NCBI GenBank assembly: GCA_029252195.1
Contig: JAQXBV010000090.1
Coordinates: 10,815-74,814, forward strand
From: Yoonia sp.
GTDB taxonomy: Bacteria > Pseudomonadota > Alphaproteobacteria > Rhodobacterales > Rhodobacteraceae
Reading direction: 5' to 3'
Length of the DNA stretch: 64,000 bases
Shown here piece by piece: positions 38,699 to 48,530 of the stretch. Each line of letters starts with the position of its first letter. Position 1 is the stretch's first letter. Under the pieces are notes generated by a model that was not told the DNA's origin, ran no database searches, and saw only the letters and a program-made list of their open reading frames with translations. The translations under genes and the position numbers were made by a program.

Positions 38699-40014
38699 TG
38701 CAAACCACATTCACACCAGAACAGCTCGAAAACCCCGCAACCGCCCGCGCCAATGAAATTCTGCGCGCCTGCGTGCATTGCGGGTTTTGCACCGCGACCT
38801 GCCCGACCTACCAAGTCCTCGGCGACGAGCTCGACAGTCCGCGCGGCCGCATTTACCTGATCAAGGATATGCTTGAGAACGAGCGCACCCCCGACGCCAA
38901 AACCGTCAAGCACATCGACCGCTGTCTGTCTTGCCTCGCGTGTATGACAACCTGTCCGTCTGGCGTGCACTATATGCACCTGATCGACACCGCCCGCGCC
39001 TATATTGAGGATAACTACAAACGGCCTCTCTCTGACCGCGCCCTGCGCTGGGTCTTGGCCCGTATCTTGCCCTACCCGACACGGTTCCGTATCGCACTCC
39101 TTGGTGCCAAAATCGGCAGGCCTTTTGCGCGGTTCATCCCTGACCCCCGCCTTCGTGCCATGCTGGAGATGGCGCCCAAGGTCATCCCGCCCGTGTCGCG
39201 CAACGACGACCCGCAAACCTTCCGCGTGGCTGATAAGAAAATGCGTGTGGCCCTGATGACAGGCTGCGCCCAGCGCGCGCTTAACACAGATATCAACGAT
39301 GCGACGATCCGGCTCCTGACACGCCTTGGTGCAGAGGTCGTGATCCCCAAAGGCCAAGGCTGCTGCGGCGCGCTGACCCATCACATGGGCAAAGAAGACG
39401 AAAGCCACGCAACAGCGGCCAAAAACATCCGCGCTTGGGTGGCCGAAATGGATGCCGGGCTCGACGCCATCGTCATCAACACCTCCGGATGTGGGACCAC
39501 GGTCAAGGACTACGGCCACATATTCCGCAACACCGATCTGGCGGCCGACGCGGCCCGTGTGTCGGCTATTGCCATGGATGTCTCTGAAGTGCTGATGAAA
39601 CTCGACCTGCCCGAAGGCGAGGACAAAGATACGCGCGTCGCCTATCACGCGGCCTGTTCGCTGCAACACGGGCAAAAGATCAAAACGTTCCCCAAGGACC
39701 TGTTGCGCAAGGCGGGCTTTACCGTGCTGGAACCCGCAGACAGCCACCTGTGCTGCGGCTCGGCAGGCACATATAACCTGATGCAGCCCGAGATCTCGAA
39801 GCAGCTCAAGGCACGCAAGGTCAAAACCCTTGAGACACTCACACCTGACATCATCGCCGCAGGCAACATCGGCTGCATGATGCAAATCGGGTCAGGCACC
39901 GAGACGCCAATCGTGCACACTGTCGAGCTTTTGGATTGGGCCACAGGCGGCCCGAAACCGCCCGCGCTGTCAAAATCCCACAGTCAAAAACCACAGGTGC
40001 CAATCTTGCGATAA
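38698..40014 (+). CDS. glcF: Glycolate oxidase iron-sulfur subunit F
   Basis: CVHCGFCTATCP and CLSCLACMTTCP ferredoxin motifs; CCG domains. Confidence 0.95.
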   Translation: MQTTFTPEQLENPATARANEILRACVHCGFCTATCPTYQVLGDELDSPRGRIYLIKDMLENERTPDAKTVKHIDRCLSCLACMTTCPSGVHYMHLIDTARAYIEDNYKRPLSDRALRWVLARILPYPTRFRIALLGAKIGRPFARFIPDPRLRAMLEMAPKVIPPVSRNDDPQTFRVADKKMRVALMTGCAQRALNTDINDATIRLLTRLGAEVVIPKGQGCCGALTHHMGKEDESHATAAKNIRAWVAEMDAGLDAIVINTSGCGTTVKDYGHIFRNTDLAADAARVSAIAMDVSEVLMKLDLPEGEDKDTRVAYHAACSLQHGQKIKTFPKDLLRKAGFTVLEPADSHLCCGSAGTYNLMQPEISKQLKARKVKTLETLTPDIIAAGNIGCMMQIGSGTETPIVHTVELLDWATGGPKPPALSKSHSQKPQVPILR

Positions 40015-40071
40015 TGCCATATTATTGCCCCAAGGGGCCGCGTATACGTGCCGCGAACTGAAAGGTGAACG

Positions 40072-40863
40072 ATGCGTTTTCTGGCCCTACTCCTTGCTTT
40101 GACCCTGAGTACAGGCGCATTTGCGCAAGACTCGGATTTGGTCACGCTCCAGACGCGCAATGACAGCCGCGGCTGGGAAGGGGTCGGTAGGCTCGATATC
40201 CTCGACAAGGGATTCTGCACGGCGGCCCTCATACAAAGCAAACTGATCCTCACGGCGGCGCACTGCCTATATGAAGCAGACGGCACGCCGATTAGCCCCG
40301 ACAGATTCATCTTTGAGGCAGGATTACGCGACGGGCGGGCAGAGGCGTCCCGCAATGTCATACGACTGCTGGCGCATCCCGCATATCACCACACAGGGCC
40401 TTCAACCGATACATCAGAGGTCGCCTATGACATTGCGATCCTCGAACTCGATCAACCGATTCGCAATGGCCGGATCATCCCTTACGCGATCGCATCAAAA
40501 CCGGAAGCGGGCGATGAAGTCGGGATCGTCTCCTACGGGAAAGACCGCGCAAATGCCGCAAGCCTGCAAAAGACCTGCCAAGTGATTGAGCGGCAAAACG
40601 GTGTCATCCTTATGAGTTGCGACATCGCCCTCGGCTCCTCAGGCTCGCCCGTGTTCGCCATGAAAGACGGGACCGCAAAAATCGTCTCCGTCGTCTCGGC
40701 GATGGCCGACGTTGACGGGGAAAAGATTTCCATTGGCACCTCACTCCAAGACCCACTGGCCGAATTAATCGCAATGTTTGCCAGTGCCAGCACAGGGTCG
40801 GGCCGCAAGATCGTTTTAGGTGGCCAACGCAATGAAACGGGCGCGAAATTCGTTACGCCATAA
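40072..40863 (+). CDS. Secreted trypsin-like serine protease
   Basis: Signal peptide; TAAHC, DIAIL and GSSGSP catalytic triad motifs. Confidence 0.9.
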   Translation: MRFLALLLALTLSTGAFAQDSDLVTLQTRNDSRGWEGVGRLDILDKGFCTAALIQSKLILTAAHCLYEADGTPISPDRFIFEAGLRDGRAEASRNVIRLLAHPAYHHTGPSTDTSEVAYDIAILELDQPIRNGRIIPYAIASKPEAGDEVGIVSYGKDRANAASLQKTCQVIERQNGVILMSCDIALGSSGSPVFAMKDGTAKIVSVVSAMADVDGEKISIGTSLQDPLAELIAMFASASTGSGRKIVLGGQRNETGAKFVTP

Positions 40864-40874
40864 GCGTTTTGCAA

Positions 40875-40897
40875 GCCCGAAAATGCCCGCCGGAGGC
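40875..40897 (+). repeat. Repeat family B-related element
   Basis: GCCCGAAAATGCCCGCCGGAGGC; similar to 49453-49484 and 61226-61258. Confidence 0.45.
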
Positions 40898-40920
40898 GGA
40901 TGTTTGTGGCTGGCTGACCT

Positions 40921-40949
40921 CTTGAAACCAAAACGCACCGTCCCCACAT
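40921..40949 (+). promoter_or_regulatory. RpoH-type heat-shock promoter of ibpA
   Basis: CTTGAA-N16-CCCACAT, matching the alphaproteobacterial CTTGAA...CCTATAT pattern upstream of an sHSP gene. Confidence 0.7.
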
Positions 40950-40954
40950 CTTGA

Positions 40955-41048
40955 ATACGGACGCCGAATTTGGGTCCGTTACTCAATCGGCCCTGCCAAT
41001 AATGGAGGGCCAAACACTGTTATCGCTTGATAAAGGATGACCACGATG
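40955..41048 (+). ncRNA. ROSE-like RNA thermometer in the ibpA 5' UTR
   Basis: Hairpins ACGGAC/GTCCGT and GGCCCT/AGGGCC, then ATC-G-CTT/AAG-GAT with a UCGCU bulged-G motif pairing the AAGGA SD. Confidence 0.75.
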
Positions 41049-41513
41049 CGTACTTTTGACTTAACTCCCCTCTACCGCGCCACCGTTGGCTTTGACCAAA
41101 TCGCCGATCTTCTGGACCGGACACTTGCCGCCGAGGCTGGCAACACAACCTACCCCCCTTACAACATCGAAAAGACCTCTGACGACGCTTGGCGCATTTC
41201 GCTTGCGGTCGCAGGGTTTGCCGATGACGACCTCGCAATCGAGGTCAAAGACCGTAATTTGCACGTCACCGCCCGCAAATCCGAGGACGAAGACAGCAAA
41301 ATCTATCTGCACCGCGGCATTGCGACCCGCGCGTTCGAGCGGCGCTTCCATCTGGCCGATCATGTCCGCGTGACAGGTGCCAGCCACGAAAACGGCATGC
41401 TGCATATCGATCTGGTCCGCGAAGTTCCCGAGGCGCTCAAGCCCCGCCAAATCGCGATCACCAAAGGCCGCAAGACCGAGGCCAATCTGATCGAAGAAAA
41501 ATCGGTAAACTAA
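41046..41513 (+). CDS. ibpA: Small heat-shock protein (Hsp20)
   Basis: MRTFDLTPLYRATVGFD, YPPYNIE, YLHRGIATRAFER, NGMLHIDL and KPRQIAI. Confidence 0.95.
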   Translation: MRTFDLTPLYRATVGFDQIADLLDRTLAAEAGNTTYPPYNIEKTSDDAWRISLAVAGFADDDLAIEVKDRNLHVTARKSEDEDSKIYLHRGIATRAFERRFHLADHVRVTGASHENGMLHIDLVREVPEALKPRQIAITKGRKTEANLIEEKSVN

Positions 41514-41551
41514 GCGGCACAAGGGCAACCCCTGCCCTTTGCCACACCTGC

Positions 41552-41577
41552 GTAGGATGGGTTTTAACCCATCCTAC
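41552..41577. repeat. GTAG-type REP, double-footed copy 4
   Basis: GTAGGATGGGTT-TT-AACCCATCCTAC, a perfect inverted repeat with GTAG at both ends. Confidence 0.85.
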
Positions 41578-41861
41578 TTCAGTTCGACCTCCACAAAGGT
41601 CATCGTTTCGCGACCACGATTGATCACATTGTGCTTTACTCCCGCATCGCGACGATAGGCGGTCCCCGCAGGGATCAGCACTTCTACAACCGCACCATCA
41701 GGGTTTTCCAAAAGCATCGCGCAATCTGTCACCGCCGCAATCACATAGTCATACGCATGGGTGTGCCAGCCGGTTTCGGCGTCAGGCGCAAAGTCAAACC
41801 GCGTGACACGCACCCGCGCGTCATCAATCATTTGGGTTGCTATAGCGGGTTTGCGCGCCAT
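41574..41861 (-). CDS. Small cupin-domain protein
   Basis: TGWHTHAYDYV and GVKHNVIN cupin motifs; start overlaps the polA stop. Confidence 0.85.
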   Translation of the reverse strand: MARKPAIATQMIDDARVRVTRFDFAPDAETGWHTHAYDYVIAAVTDCAMLLENPDGAVVEVLIPAGTAYRRDAGVKHNVINRGRETMTFVEVELK

Positions 41862-44665
41862 TAATGCGCCTCTGCCCAGCTCTTGCCCTGCCCCGCATCC
41901 ACCGACAGCTTCACATCCAGTTTGACCGCAGGATCAGAGGCATTCTCCATCACATCGCGTGCGACCCTGATCAGATCATCCGCGACACCAGCCTCCACCT
42001 CGAAAATCAATTCGTCGTGGACCTGCAACAGCATCTTGGCAGGAATCCCCTTGATCGCCTCAGGCATCCGTATCATCGCGCGGCGGATCACATCGGCGGC
42101 AGTGCCCTGAATAGGTGCGTTGATCGCGGCCCGCTTGGCAAAGCCCGCCTGCGGCCCCTTGGCGTTAATCTCGGGCGTGTTGATCTTGCGCCCGAAAAGC
42201 GTCTGCACATAGCCGTGATCTTTGGCAAATTGCACCGTCTCGTCCATATAGGCGCGAATACCCGGGAAACGCTCGAAATAGCGGTCGATAAACCCCTGCG
42301 CTTCGGCCCGTGGAATCCGCAAATTCCGCGCAAGGCCAAAACCCGAAATTCCGTAAATCACACCAAAGTTGATGGCCTTCGCCTGACTGCGTATCTCTGG
42401 CGTCATCTCGTCCAAGGGCACGTCAAACATCTCGGAAGCGGTTTGCGCGTGAATATCCACGCCGTCCTTAAACGCCTGTTTCAGCGCATCAATCCCCGCC
42501 ACATGGGCCAGAATGCGCAGCTCGATCTGGCTATAGTCGAGGCTGACCAACACCTTGCCGTCGTCCGCAATAAACGCCTCGCGGATGCGCCGCCCTTCCT
42601 CAGAGCGCACCGGTATGTTCTGCAAATTCGGGTCGGTCGAGGCCAAGCGCCCCGTGTTCGCCCCCGCAATCGAATAGGAGGTGTGCACGCGGCCAGTCTC
42701 TGCGTTGATATGCTCTTGCAGCGCGTCCGTGTAGGTCGACTTCAGTTTGGCCAACTGCCGCCAGTCCAGAATGCGGCGCGGCAGGTCATGCAGCGTCGCC
42801 AGATCCTCCAACACATCCGCCCCTGTCGAATAAGCCCCCGTCTTGCCCGTCGACGGCTTTTTGCCGTCGGGCATCTCAAGGTTCAGCTCGTCAAACAGAA
42901 TTTCTCCCAATTGCTTGGGCGAGGCGACGTTAAACTTGCGCCCTGCGAGCATCTGAATCTCGTCCTCCAGCCCCGCCATCTTCTGCGCGAAGGTATTGGA
43001 CATGCGGCTTAGCGTATCGCGGTCCACCTTCACGCCCGCCATTTCCATTTGCGCCAGCACTGGCACCAAGGGCCGCTCTAGCGTCTCGTAGACCGTCGTT
43101 ACCTTGGCCTGATGCAGCATCGGCTTGAACATCTGCCACAGACGCAGCGTGATATCGGCATCTTCTGCCGCATATTTCACCGCCTCGTCGATCGGCACCC
43201 GGTCGAAAGTGACGGCAGATTTGCCAGTCCCGAGCAGTGGCTTGATCGGGATCGGCGTGTGGCCCAGATACCGCTCTGACAGCAGGTCCATCCCGTGGTT
43301 ATGCAAGCCCCCATGCATCGCATAGGACATCAACATCGTATCGTCGATAGGGTGCACATTGATCGCAAGACGGGCGAAAATCTTGGCGTCATATTTCATG
43401 TTCTGCCCGATCTTGAGGATCGTCTCATCCTCCAACATCGGCTGCAACATGGCGAGGCATTCGCGGAAATCCATCTGCCCTTCAGCGCGCGCATCAGAGC
43501 CAAACAGGTCATCCTGTGCTGCCGCCTTATGGGTCAGCGGAATGTAACAGGCCTGCCCTGCCTCAACGCAAAGCGATATGCCCACCAGCTCCGCGCGCAT
43601 TTCATTGAGCGCCGTCGTCTCGGTGTCCACCGCCACATAGCCGCGCGCATAAATCCGGTCGAACCAGACCTGCAATGCAGCCGCATCGCTGACTTTCTCG
43701 TATTTTTCCGCATCAAAGGCCACAGCCTCGGCTGGGGCCGCTGACGCGGGCGCTTCGACCTCTGGCGCTTTGGCTCCCAAGCGATCAGCCAAACGCTTCA
43801 CAATCGTGCGGAATTCCATCTTGGCCAGGAAGGCCAACAAGTCCTCGGGCACGGCATCTTTGATCTCAAGGCTATCAAGATCGAACGGCAGCTGCATATC
43901 GCAATCAAGCTGCACCAGCTTCTTGGAAAGTTCGATCTGCGCGCGGTTCTCAATCAGGCTCTCGCGGCGCTTGGGTTGCTTGATCTCTCCTGCACGGTCG
44001 AGCAGCGTTTCCAGATCACCGTATTCATTGATCAGCAGCGCCGCCGTCTTGATCCCGATCCCGGGTGCGCCTGGCACGTTGTCCACGCTGTCGCCCGCCA
44101 GCGCCTGCACATCGACAACGCGCTCGGGCTGCACGCCAAATTTCTCAACCACGCCGTCGCGATCAATGCGCTTGTTCTTCATCGGGTCGAGCATTTCGAC
44201 GCCATCGCCAACCAGTTGCATCAAATCCTTATCCGATGACAGAATGGTCACACGCCCGCCCGCATCCCGCGCCCGATGGGCCAAGGTGGCTATAATATCA
44301 TCCGCCTCAAAGCCTTCGATCTCTTCGCAGGCGATGTTAAAAGCGCGGGTCGCCTCGCGGGTCAATGGCATCTGCGGGCGCAAATCCTCAGGCATCGCCT
44401 CGCGGTTCGCCTTATAGAGGTCATACATATCATTGCGAAACGTATGGCTGCCCTTGTCGAAAATCACCGCAACATGGGTCGCGGCATCGGGACCCGCGTT
44501 ATTCTCGATATAGCGCTGGAGCATGTTCACAAAGCCACTAACCGCACCGACAGGCAAGCCGTCAGACTTACGCGTCAGCGGTGGGAGTGCGTGATAGGCA
44601 CGGAAAATAAACGCAGAGCCATCTATCAAATGCAGATGGTGACCCTTTCCGAATTGCTGTGTCAT
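41861..44665 (-). CDS. polA: DNA polymerase I
   Basis: 5'-3' exonuclease (LIDGSAFIFRAYH), 3'-5' exonuclease (AVDTET), polymerase motifs DYSQIELR, AKAINFG and LQVHDEL. Confidence 0.98.
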   Translation of the reverse strand: MTQQFGKGHHLHLIDGSAFIFRAYHALPPLTRKSDGLPVGAVSGFVNMLQRYIENNAGPDAATHVAVIFDKGSHTFRNDMYDLYKANREAMPEDLRPQMPLTREATRAFNIACEEIEGFEADDIIATLAHRARDAGGRVTILSSDKDLMQLVGDGVEMLDPMKNKRIDRDGVVEKFGVQPERVVDVQALAGDSVDNVPGAPGIGIKTAALLINEYGDLETLLDRAGEIKQPKRRESLIENRAQIELSKKLVQLDCDMQLPFDLDSLEIKDAVPEDLLAFLAKMEFRTIVKRLADRLGAKAPEVEAPASAAPAEAVAFDAEKYEKVSDAAALQVWFDRIYARGYVAVDTETTALNEMRAELVGISLCVEAGQACYIPLTHKAAAQDDLFGSDARAEGQMDFRECLAMLQPMLEDETILKIGQNMKYDAKIFARLAINVHPIDDTMLMSYAMHGGLHNHGMDLLSERYLGHTPIPIKPLLGTGKSAVTFDRVPIDEAVKYAAEDADITLRLWQMFKPMLHQAKVTTVYETLERPLVPVLAQMEMAGVKVDRDTLSRMSNTFAQKMAGLEDEIQMLAGRKFNVASPKQLGEILFDELNLEMPDGKKPSTGKTGAYSTGADVLEDLATLHDLPRRILDWRQLAKLKSTYTDALQEHINAETGRVHTSYSIAGANTGRLASTDPNLQNIPVRSEEGRRIREAFIADDGKVLVSLDYSQIELRILAHVAGIDALKQAFKDGVDIHAQTASEMFDVPLDEMTPEIRSQAKAINFGVIYGISGFGLARNLRIPRAEAQGFIDRYFERFPGIRAYMDETVQFAKDHGYVQTLFGRKINTPEINAKGPQAGFAKRAAINAPIQGTAADVIRRAMIRMPEAIKGIPAKMLLQVHDELIFEVEAGVADDLIRVARDVMENASDPAVKLDVKLSVDAGQGKSWAEAH

Positions 44666-44729
44666 GAAACCGTCCCCCTGCGTTGCCTCAGGGGTGGTTT
44701 TGCCAGAAACGCGGACCGCCTGCCAGTCT

Positions 44730-45173
44730 TTAAGCGGTGGGCTCGATCATTGCGACGCGGGTAGCGTGACGACCACCTTCAAACTCTGCGCTCAAAAACG
44801 CCTCGACAATATCAAGCGCGAGACCGACACCGATCACACGCGCGCCCATTGAGAGCATATTAGCGTCATTGTGCTGGCGGATCATGCGGGCAGAAAACGT
44901 GTCAGAACAAACACCACACCGAATCCCAGCGACCTTATTGGCCGCCATCATGATGCCTTGGCCTGTGCCGCAAATGATAATGCCCAGCGCACACTCACCT
45001 GACACAACACGCTCTGCGGCGGCCTGACCATGGGTCGGGTAATGTGTGCTTTCAGTGCTTGTCGGGCCAATATCCACGACCTCCCAGCCTAGCGATGTCA
45101 CATGCGCGGCAACCGCTGCGCGTAGTTCAAGCGCCGAATGGTCACTTGAGAGTACAATACGTTTATTTGCCAT
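44730..45173 (-). CDS. rpiB: Ribose-5-phosphate isomerase B (RpiB/LacA/LacB family)
   Basis: SSDHS, ICGTGQG, HNDAN and FEGGRHATRV. Confidence 0.9.
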   Translation of the reverse strand: MANKRIVLSSDHSALELRAAVAAHVTSLGWEVVDIGPTSTESTHYPTHGQAAAERVVSGECALGIIICGTGQGIMMAANKVAGIRCGVCSDTFSARMIRQHNDANMLSMGARVIGVGLALDIVEAFLSAEFEGGRHATRVAMIEPTA

Positions 45174-45244
45174 GGAACTCTTGCCTCGCGCGGCCCCAAA
45201 GTCTGCAGACTTTGCCTACAAAATCTGAGATTTTGTTTTAAAAA

Positions 45245-45424
45245 TCAGACTTTGCCTTCAAAGTCTTTATGAACCAGCTTCGCATCGCAATAAGGGCATT
45301 CAACCCAGCCATGCTCGCCTGTGATTTGCAGCCAAACGCGCGGATGACCCAAGGCACCATCGCCGCCATCACAGGCCACACGATACTCGTTCACAATGCG
45401 GATTTCTGGGGCAGGTGTTGTCAT
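45245..45424 (-). CDS. Zinc-finger (CHCC-type) small protein
   Basis: [16 protein letters not shown]...ECPYCD. Confidence 0.85.
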   Translation of the reverse strand: MTTPAPEIRIVNEYRVACDGGDGALGHPRVWLQITGEHGWVECPYCDAKLVHKDFEGKV

Positions 45425-45507
45425 GTCTGATCCTGTCTGGTTGCCACGGGTCACGGCCCGCCTTACATCTCTCCTAGCACAAAGCCCACACTGGGGGAAA
45501 GACGGAC

Positions 45508-46434
45508 ATGACACAGAATGCCATCGAAATTTCGGGTCTTTCCAAGACCTATGCGGCGACGGGGCGGTCCGAGGCCAAACACGCGCTCAACAACATCGAC
45601 CTGAACATCCCGCGCGGCATGATCTTTGGGCTTTTGGGGCCGAACGGCGCTGGCAAGTCCACGATGATCAACATCCTCGCAGGGCTTGTCACCAAGACCT
45701 CCGGGTCCGTTAAAATCTGGGGATTTGACCAAGACGAAAACCCGCGGCAATCCCGCGCCGCCATCGGGATCATGCCGCAAGAGCCGCACCTTGATCCGTT
45801 TTTCACCCCCGCAGGGTCGCTCGACGTGCAAGCTGGCCTTTACGGCGTGCCAAAGTCGCAGCGCAAAACCGCAGAAATCCTCGCACTGATTGGCCTGACC
45901 GATAAGGCCAATGCCTATGCGCGCTCGCTCTCTGGCGGCATGCGGCGCAGGCTTCTCTTGGGCAAGGCACTCGTGCACTCGCCGCAAATCCTAGTGCTTG
46001 ATGAACCAACCGCTGGCGTCGATATCGAGCTGCGCAATATGCTCTGGGCAAACGTGCGCAAGCTCAATGAGCAAGGCGTGACGATCATCCTGACCACGCA
46101 CTACCTCGAAGAAGCCGAGGCGATGTGCGACGAAATTGCGATCATCAACCACGGCAATCTGATCGTGCGCGACACCACAGCCAATTTGCTCGGGCGACTG
46201 GACCACAAGACGCTTGTGATCCGCCCTGCGTCTGACGCCGACCTGCCCGCCTTGCCCGCCAATATCACGGGGCAGAAGCGGCACGACGGACGCCTCGCCT
46301 TCACCTACCAAAGCGGGCAAACCAGCGCGGACGCAGTCCTCGATCTGATCCGGCATGCAAAAATCCAGATCAGCGACATCACAACAGAGCAATCAGATCT
46401 CGAAGATGTCTTTCTCGCGCTCACAAAGTCCTAG
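45508..46434 (+). CDS. ABC transporter ATP-binding protein (ABC-2/YadG-like)
   Basis: [21 protein letters not shown] and TTHY; no permease gene adjacent. Confidence 0.93.
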   Translation: MTQNAIEISGLSKTYAATGRSEAKHALNNIDLNIPRGMIFGLLGPNGAGKSTMINILAGLVTKTSGSVKIWGFDQDENPRQSRAAIGIMPQEPHLDPFFTPAGSLDVQAGLYGVPKSQRKTAEILALIGLTDKANAYARSLSGGMRRRLLLGKALVHSPQILVLDEPTAGVDIELRNMLWANVRKLNEQGVTIILTTHYLEEAEAMCDEIAIINHGNLIVRDTTANLLGRLDHKTLVIRPASDADLPALPANITGQKRHDGRLAFTYQSGQTSADAVLDLIRHAKIQISDITTEQSDLEDVFLALTKS

Positions 46435-46793
46435 GCGGGCAACATCCGCCCCAACTGCTTGCCACCCACAATATGCATATGGAAATGCGGCACCTCTTGG
46501 ACGCCGTGCGTGCGTGCATTGGCGACTGCACGGAAGCCCTCTTCAACGCCGCTGATCTCGCAGACAGCGGCCACAGCAGCAAAGAAACCCGCCTGCTCGG
46601 CGGCACTGGCGTTGGCTGCGAAATCGTCAAGGCTGACATAAGCGCCCTTGGGGATCACCAGCACATGCACGGGGGCCTGAGGGGCAATATCTTTGAACGC
46701 AAGCGCGTGATCATTTTCAAAAACCGTGCTGTTGGGGATATCACCGCGCAAGATTTTGGCAAAAATATTCTGGTCGTCATAAGCGAATTGCAT
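46431..46793 (-). CDS. HIT-family nucleotide-binding protein
   Basis: NIFAKIL, DIAPQAPVH and HFHMHIVGG. Confidence 0.93.
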   Translation of the reverse strand: MQFAYDDQNIFAKILRGDIPNSTVFENDHALAFKDIAPQAPVHVLVIPKGAYVSLDDFAANASAAEQAGFFAAVAAVCEISGVEEGFRAVANARTHGVQEVPHFHMHIVGGKQLGRMLPA

Positions 46794-46801
46794 AGGGCAC
46801 C

Positions 46802-48379
46802 TCAGTCAACAAATAGGTAAGGGGTTTCAGCGAGTTTTCTGGCGGTTTCATCGTCAAGCGACAAGAACCGCGCGATGGCTAGGGCATTTTCCTGCGGGCT
46901 GGCGGATTCACGGATGCGGGCATAATTCTCAAAACCAGCGTCGCGTATCTTATCGCTTTCGAAAATAACGTCATAGCGGATCGTGGGCAACAATTGGGTC
47001 AATGTCTCTGGCGAGGTCTGCTCGCCCGCAAGACCAACGCGCTTGGCGTGGCCGATCAAATACTCATCGGTCATGTCACATTGCACCTCCAGCAACTTGG
47101 TCGAAGACCTGTCGGAGAAGAAGTCCTGCATCAGATCGAGACTGGCAGTATCGAGGCAAATCACCAAACGGTTGGTGTCGTAATAGTCAAACAACATGCG
47201 CATCAACGCGCGGCGGTGACGACGCCGCTTGCCCAAGTTTGACTGGATTCCCCCCAAATCAGGCAGGGCAGTGCCTTCTTCATCAAAGAGATATTCGATC
47301 GCGGGAATGTCCGAATGATTTCGGATCGAATCGATCAACCGTTTGGCAACATGCCACTTTTTACAGGCCACAATGAGCAACTCGCGCTCACGGCCCAGCG
47401 AGGCCTCTGTCTCCCAAAACCGGTTTGAAAACCTGCGGCCAATCCGTCCGCGCCCCGTCAAAAACTTGAACAGACTGCGGCCTTCGTTCGAAATCTTAAA
47501 ATCGTCGCGCTCGGAGGCATATAGCACGCCCAACCGTTCCTTCAGCTCCATGGCTTCGGGGCTGATTTTGCGGGCGAACAGACTGTCTTGGCTCAAAAGC
47601 AGATCATAGTGATCATTATAAAACGTCACCGGCATCCCGTAATCTGTGAACATCAAAAACGTCATCGTGCGGGATTGAATTTCATTTCCAGGCACAAGAT
47701 GGCGAACAACCGTTTGGAAAAACGTCTCATCAGGAATCCACGTCGTGCGGAAAAAGCGCATCACATCTTTGCGCTTTTTGGTGAAATCAATGATCCATTC
47801 AATCGTGCGGCGGCGCAGGCACCACCACTGAGAGCCAATCATAATCTGCAAATCGGCGGGCACCTCGCGGGTGATCCCGAATTTGCGTTGAAACCCGAAC
47901 GACCAATAAAACCTGCGCTTTTGCGTGCGCTCGTTAAAGAAGTGGCGATAAATCAGGCGTTCTTCTTTGAAACCGGTTTTGATCCATTCACTCTCTAAAT
48001 AGTCGAAACTCTCCACGTAATCGCAATCATGGTCATCTAGAAACTGATGGGCATAGGTCGCGGATTTGATCGCCATACAATCACCCGAGACCATATAAAA
48101 ATGGGTCGCCCGCGGAAATGCTTCGACCGCCGCCTCCACCGCATGCAACGTCGCCTGCACAAGGCTCCACTCGCCCCAGCCGCATTTGATCCGTTTTTTC
48201 GCATAGGCCACATTGAGGTTATCGGCAAATGCGCTCTGAATTTTCTCAAAAGCGGCAAGCGGCGCGCGCGCGTCAAAATGGATCGCAATGAAATCGCCAA
48301 CAGCCGTGAGCTGCTTTGCCTGAAGGATAATTGCGTCAGGATCCTTGTGACACAGGAGAATAAAAGCGATTTTTGCCAT
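46802..48379 (-). CDS. Core-2/I-branching (GT14-like) glycosyltransferase with C-terminal DUF5927/5928-type domain
   Basis: IAFILLCHKD, CGWGEWSLVQA, SGDC, GSQWWCL, IPDETFFQT and FARKI. Confidence 0.85.
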   Translation of the reverse strand: MAKIAFILLCHKDPDAIILQAKQLTAVGDFIAIHFDARAPLAAFEKIQSAFADNLNVAYAKKRIKCGWGEWSLVQATLHAVEAAVEAFPRATHFYMVSGDCMAIKSATYAHQFLDDHDCDYVESFDYLESEWIKTGFKEERLIYRHFFNERTQKRRFYWSFGFQRKFGITREVPADLQIMIGSQWWCLRRRTIEWIIDFTKKRKDVMRFFRTTWIPDETFFQTVVRHLVPGNEIQSRTMTFLMFTDYGMPVTFYNDHYDLLLSQDSLFARKISPEAMELKERLGVLYASERDDFKISNEGRSLFKFLTGRGRIGRRFSNRFWETEASLGRERELLIVACKKWHVAKRLIDSIRNHSDIPAIEYLFDEEGTALPDLGGIQSNLGKRRRHRRALMRMLFDYYDTNRLVICLDTASLDLMQDFFSDRSSTKLLEVQCDMTDEYLIGHAKRVGLAGEQTSPETLTQLLPTIRYDVIFESDKIRDAGFENYARIRESASPQENALAIARFLSLDDETARKLAETPYLFVD

Positions 48380-48530
48380 ACCGGTAAACGTAAACCCAAA
48401 GCCTAAGTGTTGCTTACTTCTCATAGCGTGAACAGACGTTGAATATACAGGGTTTCTTTGCTTTTGTTGGTCAACTATGACGGTCAGTGATTAAAAGCGC
48501 GCGCGAAAGCGCATTTTGGAGACAATTAAT

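Noticed and set aside
1620-41577. Repeated 22-mers as a CRISPR array
   Set aside because: Copies are kilobases apart with no regular spacers and no cas genes.
45508-46434. Orphan ABC ATPase as part of a novel system with the adjacent zinc-finger or HIT genes
   Set aside because: The neighbours are divergent or convergent; unlinked ABC-2 permeases are common, so there is no evidence of a shared function.
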